From Spirochaetia bacterium (lineage in GTDB: Bacteria > Spirochaetota > Spirochaetia > WTKD01 > G963693115): 64,000 nucleotides of DNA. A model generated the notes under the pieces. The model worked only from the letters and a program-made list of their open reading frames with translations. It did not search any database and was not told where the DNA came from. Shown in pieces: positions 17,557 to 27,900 of this stretch. Position 1 is the first letter of the stretch, and each line of letters opens with the position of its first letter. Position numbers and translations under genes: made by a program. Where the stretch lies: the NCBI GenBank assembly GCA_965226055.1, contig CBDDCA010000003.1, positions 19,954 through 83,953 of the forward strand. The letters are read 5' to 3'.

Positions 17557-18537
17557 TTATCCTTTTACTGCCCCTGCAGAGAGGCCTTTTACAAGATATT
17601 TCTGAAAGAATATAATAATGAATATAATAGGAATGGTAATAGAAATTGATGCTGCTGCTGCAATAGTACGATATGCTGCATCTTCTCCGCTTGTATATGA
17701 TGCAATGGCCACAGGAAGAGTCCAGTTTGATTGAAGAAGCAAACGACCAAGTAAAAATTCATTATAGGCTAAAAGCAAGGTAAAGAGGCTAGTGGTAATA
17801 ATACCAGGCCACGATATAGGGAGAATAACCCTCCAAAAAGCAGTAAATCTACTCGCTCCATCAATTAACGCTGCTTGTTCAATTTCCTTTGGTATTTCCA
17901 TAAAAAAGCTACGAAGCATCCAAATAGTAAAAGGCTGATTTACCGCAACAAGCACGAGTATCATCAAAAGATGAGTGTCATAAAGTCCTGTAATCTGTCC
18001 TACATAATAGAAAGGAAGCCCAAAAGCAGTACGAGGTAACGCACGAAAGCTCAAGGCTACTATGAGTATAATAGTACTCATTATTCCTTTATAGCGAGAC
18101 AATGCGTATCCTCCAAAACATCCAATAGTAATGGATATACATAAAGTAAATACCGTGATAATAATACTGTTGATAAGGTATCCATAAAATTTTGATACAG
18201 TAACAAACAGAGGAGTAATAGCAATCATGATAATAATGATACTTGTAATGATAATCCCCATAGTTGTATTTGAAAGTATCTGTTTTTTGCGGTTATATCG
18301 ATATACTACAATACATGCTATCAGTAAGATAATACTTGTTATCCCAACAGGCATAAATTCGGCTACAGGCTCTTGATATGCAGAACCACGTACAAGAAGC
18401 CAGAGTTTTGCAAAATTATATGGGGTAGGCATAAAGCCCCATATACTTGGCACTATTTTATTTGCTTCTACTGGAAATTTAATTGCAGTGAGAAGTGCCC
18501 ATAAAAAAGGAAGCAAGCACAGTATAGATACTATCAC
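17557..18537 (-). CDS. Carbohydrate-type ABC transporter permease (MalG/UgpE-like)
   Basis: 326-aa polytopic ORF with the EAA loop EIEQAALIDGASRFTAFWRVILP. It uses a GTG start. It carries an extra hydrophobic insertion after the first periplasmic loop. Confidence 0.8.
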   Translation of the reverse strand: MIVSILCLLPFLWALLTAIKFPVEANKIVPSIWGFMPTPYNFAKLWLLVRGSAYQEPVAEFMPVGITSIILLIACIVVYRYNRKKQILSNTTMGIIITSIIIIMIAITPLFVTVSKFYGYLINSIIITVFTLCISITIGCFGGYALSRYKGIMSTIILIVALSFRALPRTAFGLPFYYVGQITGLYDTHLLMILVLVAVNQPFTIWMLRSFFMEIPKEIEQAALIDGASRFTAFWRVILPISWPGIITTSLFTLLLAYNEFLLGRLLLQSNWTLPVAIASYTSGEDAAYRTIAAAASISITIPIIFIIIFFQKYLVKGLSAGAVKG

Positions 18538-18588
18538 TAATATGAGATGAATAAGAATACGAAGATATATGTTTTTTACTTTATCGAT

Positions 18589-19446
18589 TTAGCGTTCCTC
18601 CTTTTGTTGTTTATAGGTAATAATAAGAAATGGTATAAGCACTACTAAAATTCCTATGACAGTAATAATAGACACAGCATTTGCTTTTCCTAATCGTTGT
18701 ACAGCAGTAGCTATCTTAAAATTATAGTACATAATAGTATCTACCTTAAAGGCGGGGTTACTCCGTGACATAACTATAATGCTATCAAATATACGATATG
18801 CGTCCATAATAGAGACTAATGATACAAATACAATAAGAGGACTAAGGTGAGGAATAACAACATGCTGTATTTTCTTAAAAATATTTGCTCCATCTATTTT
18901 TGCTGCTTCCATTGTTTCTCGTGGAAGCGTTTGTAATCCTGCAAAAAATGTTATCATTGCAAAGGGGGTAACATACCATATGCCATGCGTAATAATAAGA
19001 AAACGTACAGTGTTAGTAGTGAGAATAAAATCATAATTGAAGAAATCTAACAGAAAATAATATAACCCCCCTCTATCAAACATGTTTCTAAACATTAAAG
19101 TACCAACAACAGGAGTTATAATAAAAGGAATAAGAATAGCTGCTACATACAATCCACGCCCTTTCTTTATCTGATCTACTAATAAGGCAAGAAAAAACCC
19201 AAGTAATAATTCAAAAGGGATAGTAATACAAATAAAAAGGAGAGTAAATCGAAAAGAACTCCAAAAGTCTGGATCTTGTATTATTTCTATGTAGTTTCTT
19301 AGTCCTATAAACTGAGGCTGATCAAGTGTAGCATAGGTAAGGTAATGAAAGCTTAGCCATATAGCAGTGAACAATGGTATTATCATCATGAGAGTCATAA
19401 CAATAAGACTTGGTGATATAAATTTTAGGAAAGTTGCTCTTTTCAC
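18589..19446 (-). CDS. Carbohydrate-type ABC transporter permease (MalF/UgpA-like)
   Basis: 285-aa polytopic ORF with the EAA loop METMEAAKIDGANIFKKIQHVVIPHL. Confidence 0.85.
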   Translation of the reverse strand: MKRATFLKFISPSLIVMTLMMIIPLFTAIWLSFHYLTYATLDQPQFIGLRNYIEIIQDPDFWSSFRFTLLFICITIPFELLLGFFLALLVDQIKKGRGLYVAAILIPFIITPVVGTLMFRNMFDRGGLYYFLLDFFNYDFILTTNTVRFLIITHGIWYVTPFAMITFFAGLQTLPRETMEAAKIDGANIFKKIQHVVIPHLSPLIVFVSLVSIMDAYRIFDSIIVMSRSNPAFKVDTIMYYNFKIATAVQRLGKANAVSIITVIGILVVLIPFLIITYKQQKEER

Positions 19447-19554
19447 AATAATAGTTTATGGTAAGATATATATGGTATCTTTCATACAGTTAGCACTAAA
19501 GATATAAGTGTACTGTCAATTATGTACGGCAATACACTTATAATACAATATGTG

Positions 19555-20859
19555 TTACAGTACCCCTTGTTGGGTAGCTTCTTTTCTATACGCATCAGCC
19601 ATCTCATTGAGTAGCCCTTGAATATCATCTCTTCTGTTAATTGCCTGTGGAAGATAATTATCTGCTATTGCTATAGCAATAGGATTACCAGGATGAGTGC
19701 TTGTCACCGCACCTCCTTCACTAATTGATTGTAACGCTGCTTTAGTATAGCGTACATCTTGTCTTGCTTCTGATACTTTATTTCTTGTCATAAGAGAATA
19801 GTCTGCTCCACGTTTTTGTGATTCAAAATCTGTGGCTTCTGCAATAACACGAAAAATATATTCTGGATCTACCGTTGTATTTATAGGAATCATATAGTAA
19901 TCAGCAGTAGCAGGAGCAGCTCTTTTTTCTGAGGGGCTTACACGTGGTGCAGGGGCAAAGCCAATTCTCCCAACAAACTGAGATTTTGTAGGATCGTCCA
20001 TATTTGCAGCACGGGAGGTCCATGTTGTTGCAGATGCAAGGCGACCAGTCTCAAGCCCAATCTCTACATCGTCAATACTCCAGGAAAGGCCTTCTTTACC
20101 CATTGTGGCATCAGCAATGTCAAGTATCATTTCTAATGCAGCAACTCCTTCTTTGCTATTAAAAAGAGGTTCTCCCTCATCACTGAGCCATTGTCCTCCA
20201 AAAGCATTGAGAAAATTGATAAATTCAATACGCCATGCCCATCCAGCATGAAGATTAATTGCAAAAGGAAGATCAATATCTGCATCTTTTAGTTTTTTTG
20301 CAGACGCAATGACATCAGCATATGTTTCTGGCACACTGATATTATATTCTTCAAAAATATCCATATTATAGAAATAATGCATAGAATTAGCAGTAAAAGG
20401 AATACCATAAATCTTTCCGTCAGGAGAAGTAAGAGTATAGAGAGTATCACTAATATCACCAAAATCATATACATCTTTATATTTTTCAATATAATCATCA
20501 AGAGCAAGAATCTGTTTATTTATTGCTAACTCCGTGAGAAACGTTGCATCTCCTTGTACGATCTCATACGGAGATTTTCCTCCGCCTGCTAATGCCAAAC
20601 GTACTTGTTCTCGCACACTTTGGGAATCTAACAGCTGAGTGCTTACCGTTAATTTATCTACAGAGTTGAACGATTCAAGCTCTTCTGCAAAAAATTCGGT
20701 AACAGGAAAGCGCCACCCAATCATATTGATTGTTGTTGCTGTTTCTGGTACTAGTACTAATGTTTCAGTACTATCTGATGTATTCTCGTTGTTGCCTCCT
20801 GCAAATAATACAGTAGATACAAGAGAGAATAACATTACATAAAAAGTAATATTTTTCAT
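19555..20859 (-). CDS. ABC transporter extracellular solute-binding protein (family 1, sugar-type)
   Basis: 434-aa ORF with an N-terminal signal peptide (MKNITFYVMLFSLVSTVLFAGG). It is the first gene of the SBP-permease-permease operon. Confidence 0.75.
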   Translation of the reverse strand: MKNITFYVMLFSLVSTVLFAGGNNENTSDSTETLVLVPETATTINMIGWRFPVTEFFAEELESFNSVDKLTVSTQLLDSQSVREQVRLALAGGGKSPYEIVQGDATFLTELAINKQILALDDYIEKYKDVYDFGDISDTLYTLTSPDGKIYGIPFTANSMHYFYNMDIFEEYNISVPETYADVIASAKKLKDADIDLPFAINLHAGWAWRIEFINFLNAFGGQWLSDEGEPLFNSKEGVAALEMILDIADATMGKEGLSWSIDDVEIGLETGRLASATTWTSRAANMDDPTKSQFVGRIGFAPAPRVSPSEKRAAPATADYYMIPINTTVDPEYIFRVIAEATDFESQKRGADYSLMTRNKVSEARQDVRYTKAALQSISEGGAVTSTHPGNPIAIAIADNYLPQAINRRDDIQGLLNEMADAYRKEATQQGVL

Positions 20860-21003
20860 AATAACCCTCTTAATGTTTTTTATATAGTATACTATAATAT
20901 TAAAAAAAAGTTTTTAGTAAATACAATAGGTAAATTAATTATATACAATACTACTGTAATTCCATATAATGATATGATTACCACATAATAAAGGAATAAT
21001 GGT

Positions 21004-21453
21004 ATGAGAAACATTTTGTTGTTATGGTGTATGTTTGCACCGTTTTTATTTAGTTGTGTGTCTCTGTCTGAATCTGATATAGCTATTGATTATGGAGAAC
21101 AAAGATTGATAACGAAAGAAGGGGTATCAGTAAATGAACTGTACATACTTACTCATGAATTTTTACTGTTTCATATAAGTGATGCCGAAGTGAGCGTAGA
21201 GTTTTTTGATAAAGAAGATGGCAAAATAATAGGCAATTTCAATGTGAAAATAGTTAATGACAGTGCCTACACAGATTCTGTAGTGTACTATAACTATACT
21301 TATAATATTGATATAAGAGATGGCCAAGTACATGCTAGCATTAAAGGGATAGCAAGGCAGGTTGATGCTACGCTCATTCAGTTTTGTACTGATTTTCTCG
21401 ATGCTTTAGAGGAGTATATTCATAGTCATTCTATTATAGATAGGTTTGTATAG
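21004..21453 (+). CDS. Putative lipoprotein (hypothetical)
   Basis: 149-aa ORF with a signal peptide and lipobox-like FLFSC. Confidence 0.5.
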   Translation: MRNILLLWCMFAPFLFSCVSLSESDIAIDYGEQRLITKEGVSVNELYILTHEFLLFHISDAEVSVEFFDKEDGKIIGNFNVKIVNDSAYTDSVVYYNYTYNIDIRDGQVHASIKGIARQVDATLIQFCTDFLDALEEYIHSHSIIDRFV

Positions 21454-21561
21454 TTTTTTCTGTAAAATGTTGCACATGCAGATTAAAGTATTGTAAAGTG
21501 CATTAGTATGCGATACAGCAAAAAAGAGCAGAAAAACAAAAAGGTGGAATTTCACTATCTC

Positions 21562-21603
21562 ATGTATACCTTTGGTAGCACTCAATTCAGATATTTTATG
21601 TAA
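21562..21603 (+). promoter_or_regulatory. Conserved 13-codon upstream ORF (MYTFGSTQFRYFM*), copy 1
   Basis: ATG...TAA frame conserved in three copies of the family's 5' leader module. Confidence 0.3.
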
Positions 21604-21661
21604 TTAGTACTTAAAATTGAGGATAGCAGGCTATTTTTTAAAAAAAATAGGTGTTCTGCTA

Positions 21662-21690
21662 TTGCGGTTTTTTTTTTTTTATTGTATAAT
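21662..21690 (+). promoter_or_regulatory. Putative sigma70-type promoter TTGCGG-N17-TATAAT with T13 homopolymer spacer
   Basis: -35-like hexamer at 21662-21667, T13 at 21668-21680, -10 TATAAT at 21685-21690. It lies 53 nt upstream of the SD+ATG at 21743. Confidence 0.45.
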
Positions 21691-21742
21691 ATAGCTATAT
21701 TTATAAAAAATTCAAGTATTAAATTTGAAAAAGGAGCAAAAT

Positions 21743-21915
21743 ATGAAAAAAAATCGTATATGGTTTGTTATTTTATGTTTTCAGCGATGTTTTTTAATGC
21801 TACCGCTTTTAAGCAAGATTTAGAAGCATGGGGGAAACACATAGGCAAAAAAAGAGTATTTAAGGCAAATATGTTTTATGGGAGTGGAGTAAAAACACCA
21901 CCAACATGGCATTAA
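21743..21915 (+). pseudogene. Deletion remnant of a DUF285 (BspA-like) lipoprotein gene
   Basis: SD+ATG and the signal-peptide-like start MKKNRIWFVILCF match [11 protein letters not shown] of the 29379 gene. The 3' part, in another frame, encodes ...FFNATAFKQDLEAWGKHIG...GSGVKTPPTWH, matching the C-terminus of the 29379 gene. An A8 tract sits at 21746-21753. Confidence 0.6.
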
Positions 21916-21983
21916 AATATAGAGGTAGGGATGGTAGAACTTTCTTACACTTTGAAAAAGAATAATTTTAATAGGAGGCAAAA

Positions 21984-24900
21984 ATGAAATTATTGAATAT
22001 ATCATATATATTTTTTATCGTTTTTGTGTTTTCACTTTTCACTTGTGAAAATGACAATGTAGGAAGCGGAGGAAGTAACAACGCTATTGATTTAAGTAGT
22101 GTGGCATCTCCCCCGCTAGATGTAACGAATATTACTAACAGTATTGTGAATGGTAATATTGTGTTAAAGTGGCAAGTTCCAGCCCTTACTACTAATCTTA
22201 AAAGGAAAGATGGCAAAACACTCACAAAGGCAGATATATCTTACAAAGTGTATCGAGTAGTAAAGGGAGCAAAGAGCCGAACAATAGCCCAGATTAAAAC
22301 AGTGGATAAAAAACCGATAACAGTAGCAAAGGGAACAACAAGTACAACTATAAGTAATCTTACTGGAAATACAACATACGAGATAGTAGTGCAGGCAGTA
22401 AATTCTACAGATACCACAAAAGTCTCTACAGGAGTGAGAGCAGAAGTTACTACTTTATCCTCTGCAACTGCTCCCGCAGAAGTAAGCACTATTACTGCAG
22501 GCAGTACAACGGCTAGCAGTACAGTTATATCATGGACAGCCCCAACGCTTGATACTAGCCACAAGAAAGCAGACGGCACAGCACTGACAAAGGCAGATGT
22601 GTCTTACAAAGTGTATCGAGTAGCAAAGGGAAGCGATGAGCGAACAGTAGCACAAATAAAATCAGCAGACACAAGCCCGCTAGCAGTAGCAAAGGGAACA
22701 ACAAGTACAACTATAAGTAACCTTACAGGCAGTACAACATACGAGATAGTAGTGCAGGCAGTCAATTCTACTGATGCCACAAAAGCCTCTATAGGCAAGA
22801 GAATAGAAGTTACTACTACTGTTATAATAAATCAAGCCACCGCACCCGCAGAGGCAAGCACTATTACTGCAGGCAGTACAACAGCTAGCAGTACAGTTAT
22901 ATCATGGACAGCTCCAACGCTTGATACTAGCCACAAGAAAGCAGACGGCACAGCACTGATAAAGGCAGATGTATCTTACAAAGTGTATCGAGTAGCAAAA
23001 GGAAGCGATGAGCGAACAGTGGCACAGATTAAGACAGCAGATACAAGCCCGCTAGCAGTAGCAAAGGGAACAACAAGTACAACTATAAGTAACCTTACAG
23101 GGAATACAACATACGAGATAGTAGTGCAGGCAGTAAATTCTACTGATACCACAAAAGCCTCTATAGGCAAGAGAATAGAAGTTACTACCACGAACCCTGC
23201 AACTGCCCCCGCAGAAGTAAGTGCTATTACTGCAGGCAGTACAACGGCTAGCAGTACAACGCTATCATGGACAGCCCCCACGCTTGATACTAGTCACAAG
23301 AAGGCAGACGGCACAGCACTGACAAAGGCAGATGTGTCTTACAAAGTGTATCGAGTAGCAAAAGGAAGCGATGAGCGAACAGTAGCACAGATTAAGACAG
23401 CAGACACAAGCCCGCTAGCAGTAACAAAGGGAACTATAAGCAAAACTATAAATAACCTTACAGGCAGTACAACATACGAGATAGTAGTGCAGGCAGTCAA
23501 TTCTACCGATATCACAAAAGCCTCTACAGGCAAGAGAATAGAAGTTACTACTCTAAACCCCGCAAATGCCCCAACAGAAGTAAGCACTATTACTGCAAGC
23601 AGTACAACAGCTAGCAGTACAGTTATATCATGGACAGCTCCAACGCTTACTACTAGCCATAAGAAAGCGGACGGGGGAAGGCTTACAACGGCAGATGTAT
23701 CTTACAAAATATATCGAGTAGCAAAGGGAAGCAAAGCCCGAACAGTAGCAGAGATTAAGAGAGTAGACCCGACTCCACTAAAAGTAACAAAGGGAACAAC
23801 CCGTATAACTATAACAAACCTTAATTATAATACCGCCTATGAAATAGTAGTACAAGCAGTCAATTCTACTGATACTACAAAAGTCTCTACAGGAATACGA
23901 AAAGAAGTTACTACTAATCGTATACCTAATATAGCCACCGCCCCAACAGAAGTAACCAATATCACCGCAGGCAGTACAACGGCTAGCAGTACAGTTATAT
24001 CATGGACAGCCCCCACCCTAACAAACAGTCACAAGAAAGCAAACGGACAAAATCTTACAACGGCAGATGTATCTTACAAAATATATCGGGTAGCGAAGGG
24101 AAGCGATGAGCGAACAGTAGCCCAGATTAAAACAGCAGACACGACTCCGATCGCAGTAGCAAAGGGAACAACAAGAACAACTATAAGTAACCTTACAGGA
24201 AGTACAATATACGAGATAGTAGTGCAGGCAGTCAATTCTACCGATACCACAAAAGTCTCTACAGGAGTGAGAGCAGAAGTTACTACTCTAAACCCCGCAA
24301 ATGCTCCCGCAGAAGTAAGCAATGTTACTGCTGGAAGTACTACCGATAAAAGAATAGAAGTAACATGGCAAGCACCAACGCTTACTAATGATCACAAGAA
24401 GGCAAACGGAGAAACACTAACAACGGCAGATGTATTTTATAAAGTGTATCGAGTAGCAAAAGGAAGCGATGAGCGAACAGTAGCAGAGATTAAAACAGCA
24501 GACACAAGCCCGTTAGAAGTAGCACGGGGAATAACTACTGTATTTATACCCAACCTTACAGGCAGTACAACATACGAGATAGTAGTGCAGGCAGTCAATT
24601 CTACCGATACCACAAAAGCCTCTACAGGAGTGAGAGCAGAAGTTACTACTACTAACCCTGCAAATGCTCCCGCTGAAGTAAGCAATATTACTGTAGGCAG
24701 TACAACGGCTAGCAGTACAACGCTTTCATGGACAGCCCCCACGCTTGATAATAGCCACAAAAAAGCAAACGGAGAAACACTTACAACGGCAGATGTGTCT
24801 TATAAAGTGTATCGTGTTGCAAAAGGAAAGAATGCCCGAGATGTAGCAGAGATTAAGACAGCGGATAAAAGCCCGTTAGCAGTAGCAAAGGGAACTATAA

Positions 24901-27900
24901 GCAAAACTATAAATAACCTTGCAGGCAGTACAACTTATGAGATAGTAGTACAAGCAGTCAATTCTACTGATACCACAAAAGCCTCTACAGGAGTGAGAGC
25001 AGAAGTTACTACTTTATCCTCTGCAACAGCCCCCGCAGAAGTAAGCAATGTTAGTGCAGGAAGCACAACTGCTAGCAGTACAGTTATATCATGGACAGCC
25101 CCCACGCTTGATAATAGCCATAAAAAAGCAGACGGTACAGCACTGACAAAGGCAGATGTGTCTTACAAAGTGTATCGAGTAGCAAAGGGAAGCGATGAGC
25201 GAACAGTAGCAGAGATTAAGACAGCGGATAAAAGCCCGCTAGCAGTAACAAAAGGAACTATAAGCAAAACTATAAATAACCTTACAGGCAGTACAACATA
25301 CGAGATAGTAGTGCAGGCAGTCAATTCTACCGATACCACAAAAGTCTCTACAGGCAAGAGAATAGAAGTAACAACCTCAAACCCCGCAAATGCCCCCGCA
25401 GAAGTAAGCAATGTTAGTGCAGGAAGCACAACTGCTAGCAGTACAGTTATATCATGGACAGCCCCAACGCTTGATACTAGCCACAAGAAAGCAGATGGCA
25501 CAGCACTGACAAAGGCAGATGTGTCTTACAAAGTGTATCGAGTAGCAAAGGGAAGCGATGAGCGAACAGTAGCAGAGATTAAGACAGCGGATAAAAGCCC
25601 GCTAGCAGTAACAAAAGGAACTATAAGCAAAACTATAAGTAACCTTACAGGCAGTACAACATACGAGATAGTAGTGCAGGCAGTCAATTCCACCGATACC
25701 ACAAAAGTCTCTACAGGAGTGAGAGCAGAAGTTACTACTTTATCCTCTGCAACTGCTCCCGCAGAAGTAAGCAATGTTAGTGCAGGAAGCACAACTGCTA
25801 GCAGTACAGTTATATCATGGACAGCACCAACGCTTGATACTAGCCATAAGAAAGCAGACGGCACAGCACTAACAAAGGCAGATGTGTCTTACAAAGTGTA
25901 TCGAGTAGCAAAAGGAAAGAATGCCCGAGATGTAGCAGAAATTAAGACAGCGGATAAAAGCCCGTTAGCAGTAACAAAGGGAACTATAAGCAAAACTATA
26001 AGTAACCTTACAGGCAGTACAACATACGAGATAGTAGTGCAGGCAGTCAATTCTACCGATACCACAAAAGCCTCTACAGGCAAGAGAATAGAAGTTACTA
26101 CTCTAAACCCCGCAAATGCCCCCGCAGAAGTAAGCAATGTTAGTGCAGGAAGCACAACTGCTAGCAGTACAGTTATATCATGGACAGCCCCCACGCTTGA
26201 TAATAGCCATAAAAAAGCAGACGGTACAGCACTGACAAAGGCAGATGTGTCTTACAAAGTGTATCGAGTAGCAAAGGGAAGCGATGAGCGAACAGTAGCA
26301 GAGATTAAGACAGCGGATAAAAGCCCGCTAGCAGTAACAAAAGGAACTATAAGCAAAACTATAAATAACCTTACAGGCAGTACAACATACGAGATAGTAG
26401 TACAAGCAGTAAATTCTACTGATACCACAAAAGTCTCTACAGGAGTGAGAGCAGAAGTTACTACTTTATCCTCTGCAACTGCTCCCGCAGAAGTAAGCAA
26501 TGTTAGTGCAGGAAGCACAACTGCTAGCAGTACAACAATATCATGGACAGCCCCAACGCTTGATAATAGCCACAAGAAAGCAGACGGCACAGCACTAACA
26601 AAGGCAGATGTGTCTTACAAAGTGTATCGAGTAGCAAAAGGAAAGAATGCCCGAGATGTAGCAGAGATTAAGACAGCAGATAAAAGCCCGTTAGCAGTAA
26701 CAAAAGGAACTATAAGCAAAACTATAAGTAACCTTACAGGCAGTACAACATACGAGATAGTAGTACAGGCAGTCAATTCTACCGATACCACAAAAGCCTC
26801 TACAGGCAAGAGAATAGAAGTTACTACTACCAACCCCGCAAATGCTCCCGCAGAAGTAAGCAATATTACTGCAGGCAATCTTATTGCAGGCACTCCCTAC
26901 AGCACTGGTATTACTATATCATGGACAGCCCCAACGCTTGATAATAGCCACAAGAAAGCAGATGGCACAGCACTGACAACGGCAGATGTATCTTACAAAG
27001 TGTATCGAGTGGCAGAAAGATGGAATAACCCCCGAACAGTAGCACAGATTAAAACAGCAGACACAAGCCCGCTAGAAGTAACACAGAATACAACAAGTAT
27101 AAATATAACTAATCTTGTTTTGTACGAAACATACGAGATAGTAGTGCAGGCAGTCAATTCTACCGATACCACAAAAATCTCTACAGGAATAAAGAAAAAC
27201 ATTACTCTCAATAGTAACGCCACTGATCCCGCAGAAGTAAACAATGTTACAGGAACTCCCGCTGATAAATCTGCAAGAATATCGTGGGAAGCTCCAACAC
27301 TCAAAAGCAGTCACAAAAAATCAGACGGAACACAACTAACAACGGCAGAGGTATCGTATAAGGTATATGCAGCGAGAAGGAAAAGAGATGAGTACGGAGT
27401 TTATTACAAAGAACGCACAGTAGCACAAATTATAGCAGGTGGTCACCCAATTAGTTTACCCGCAGGAACTACAAGTACGAATATTAATACTATTGCAAAA
27501 GATATAGTTTTTATACCTAAAAATAAATACGAGATAGTAGTGCAAGCAGTAAATGTCACCGATACGTCAAAAGTCTCTACAGGAGTAAGAATAGAAATAA
27601 CTACCATTTCTACTAATCACGCCACCGCCCCGCCAGACCCCCGCAGTGTTTTAAGCTATGCAGCAAAGCCATCTAATAGAGCAGTAACAATATCATGGAT
27701 AACTTCAACGCTTACTAATAATCATAAGAAACCAGACGGCACGAAATTAGCGAAAACAGATATAGATTACTATGTATATCATTTAGAAAAGGCCAGCATT
27801 TCTAAAACAGTAGAACAAATTAAAAACAGAAAGCCAATCCCTATACTAGTACTCAATGGAGCTACAAATGTAGTTATTTCTAATCTTAAGCCCAATACTA

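Noticed and set aside
22241-27314. Series of 64-112-aa minus-strand ORFs (e.g. 25163..25501, 25526..25864, 26252..26590) spaced 363 nt apart, and similar ones in 31862..37411
   Set aside because: They are antisense shadows of the FN3 coding repeats. Their periodicity simply mirrors the plus-strand repeat. They lack ribosome-binding sites, and the plus-strand frame is open for more than 6 kb with clear domain structure.
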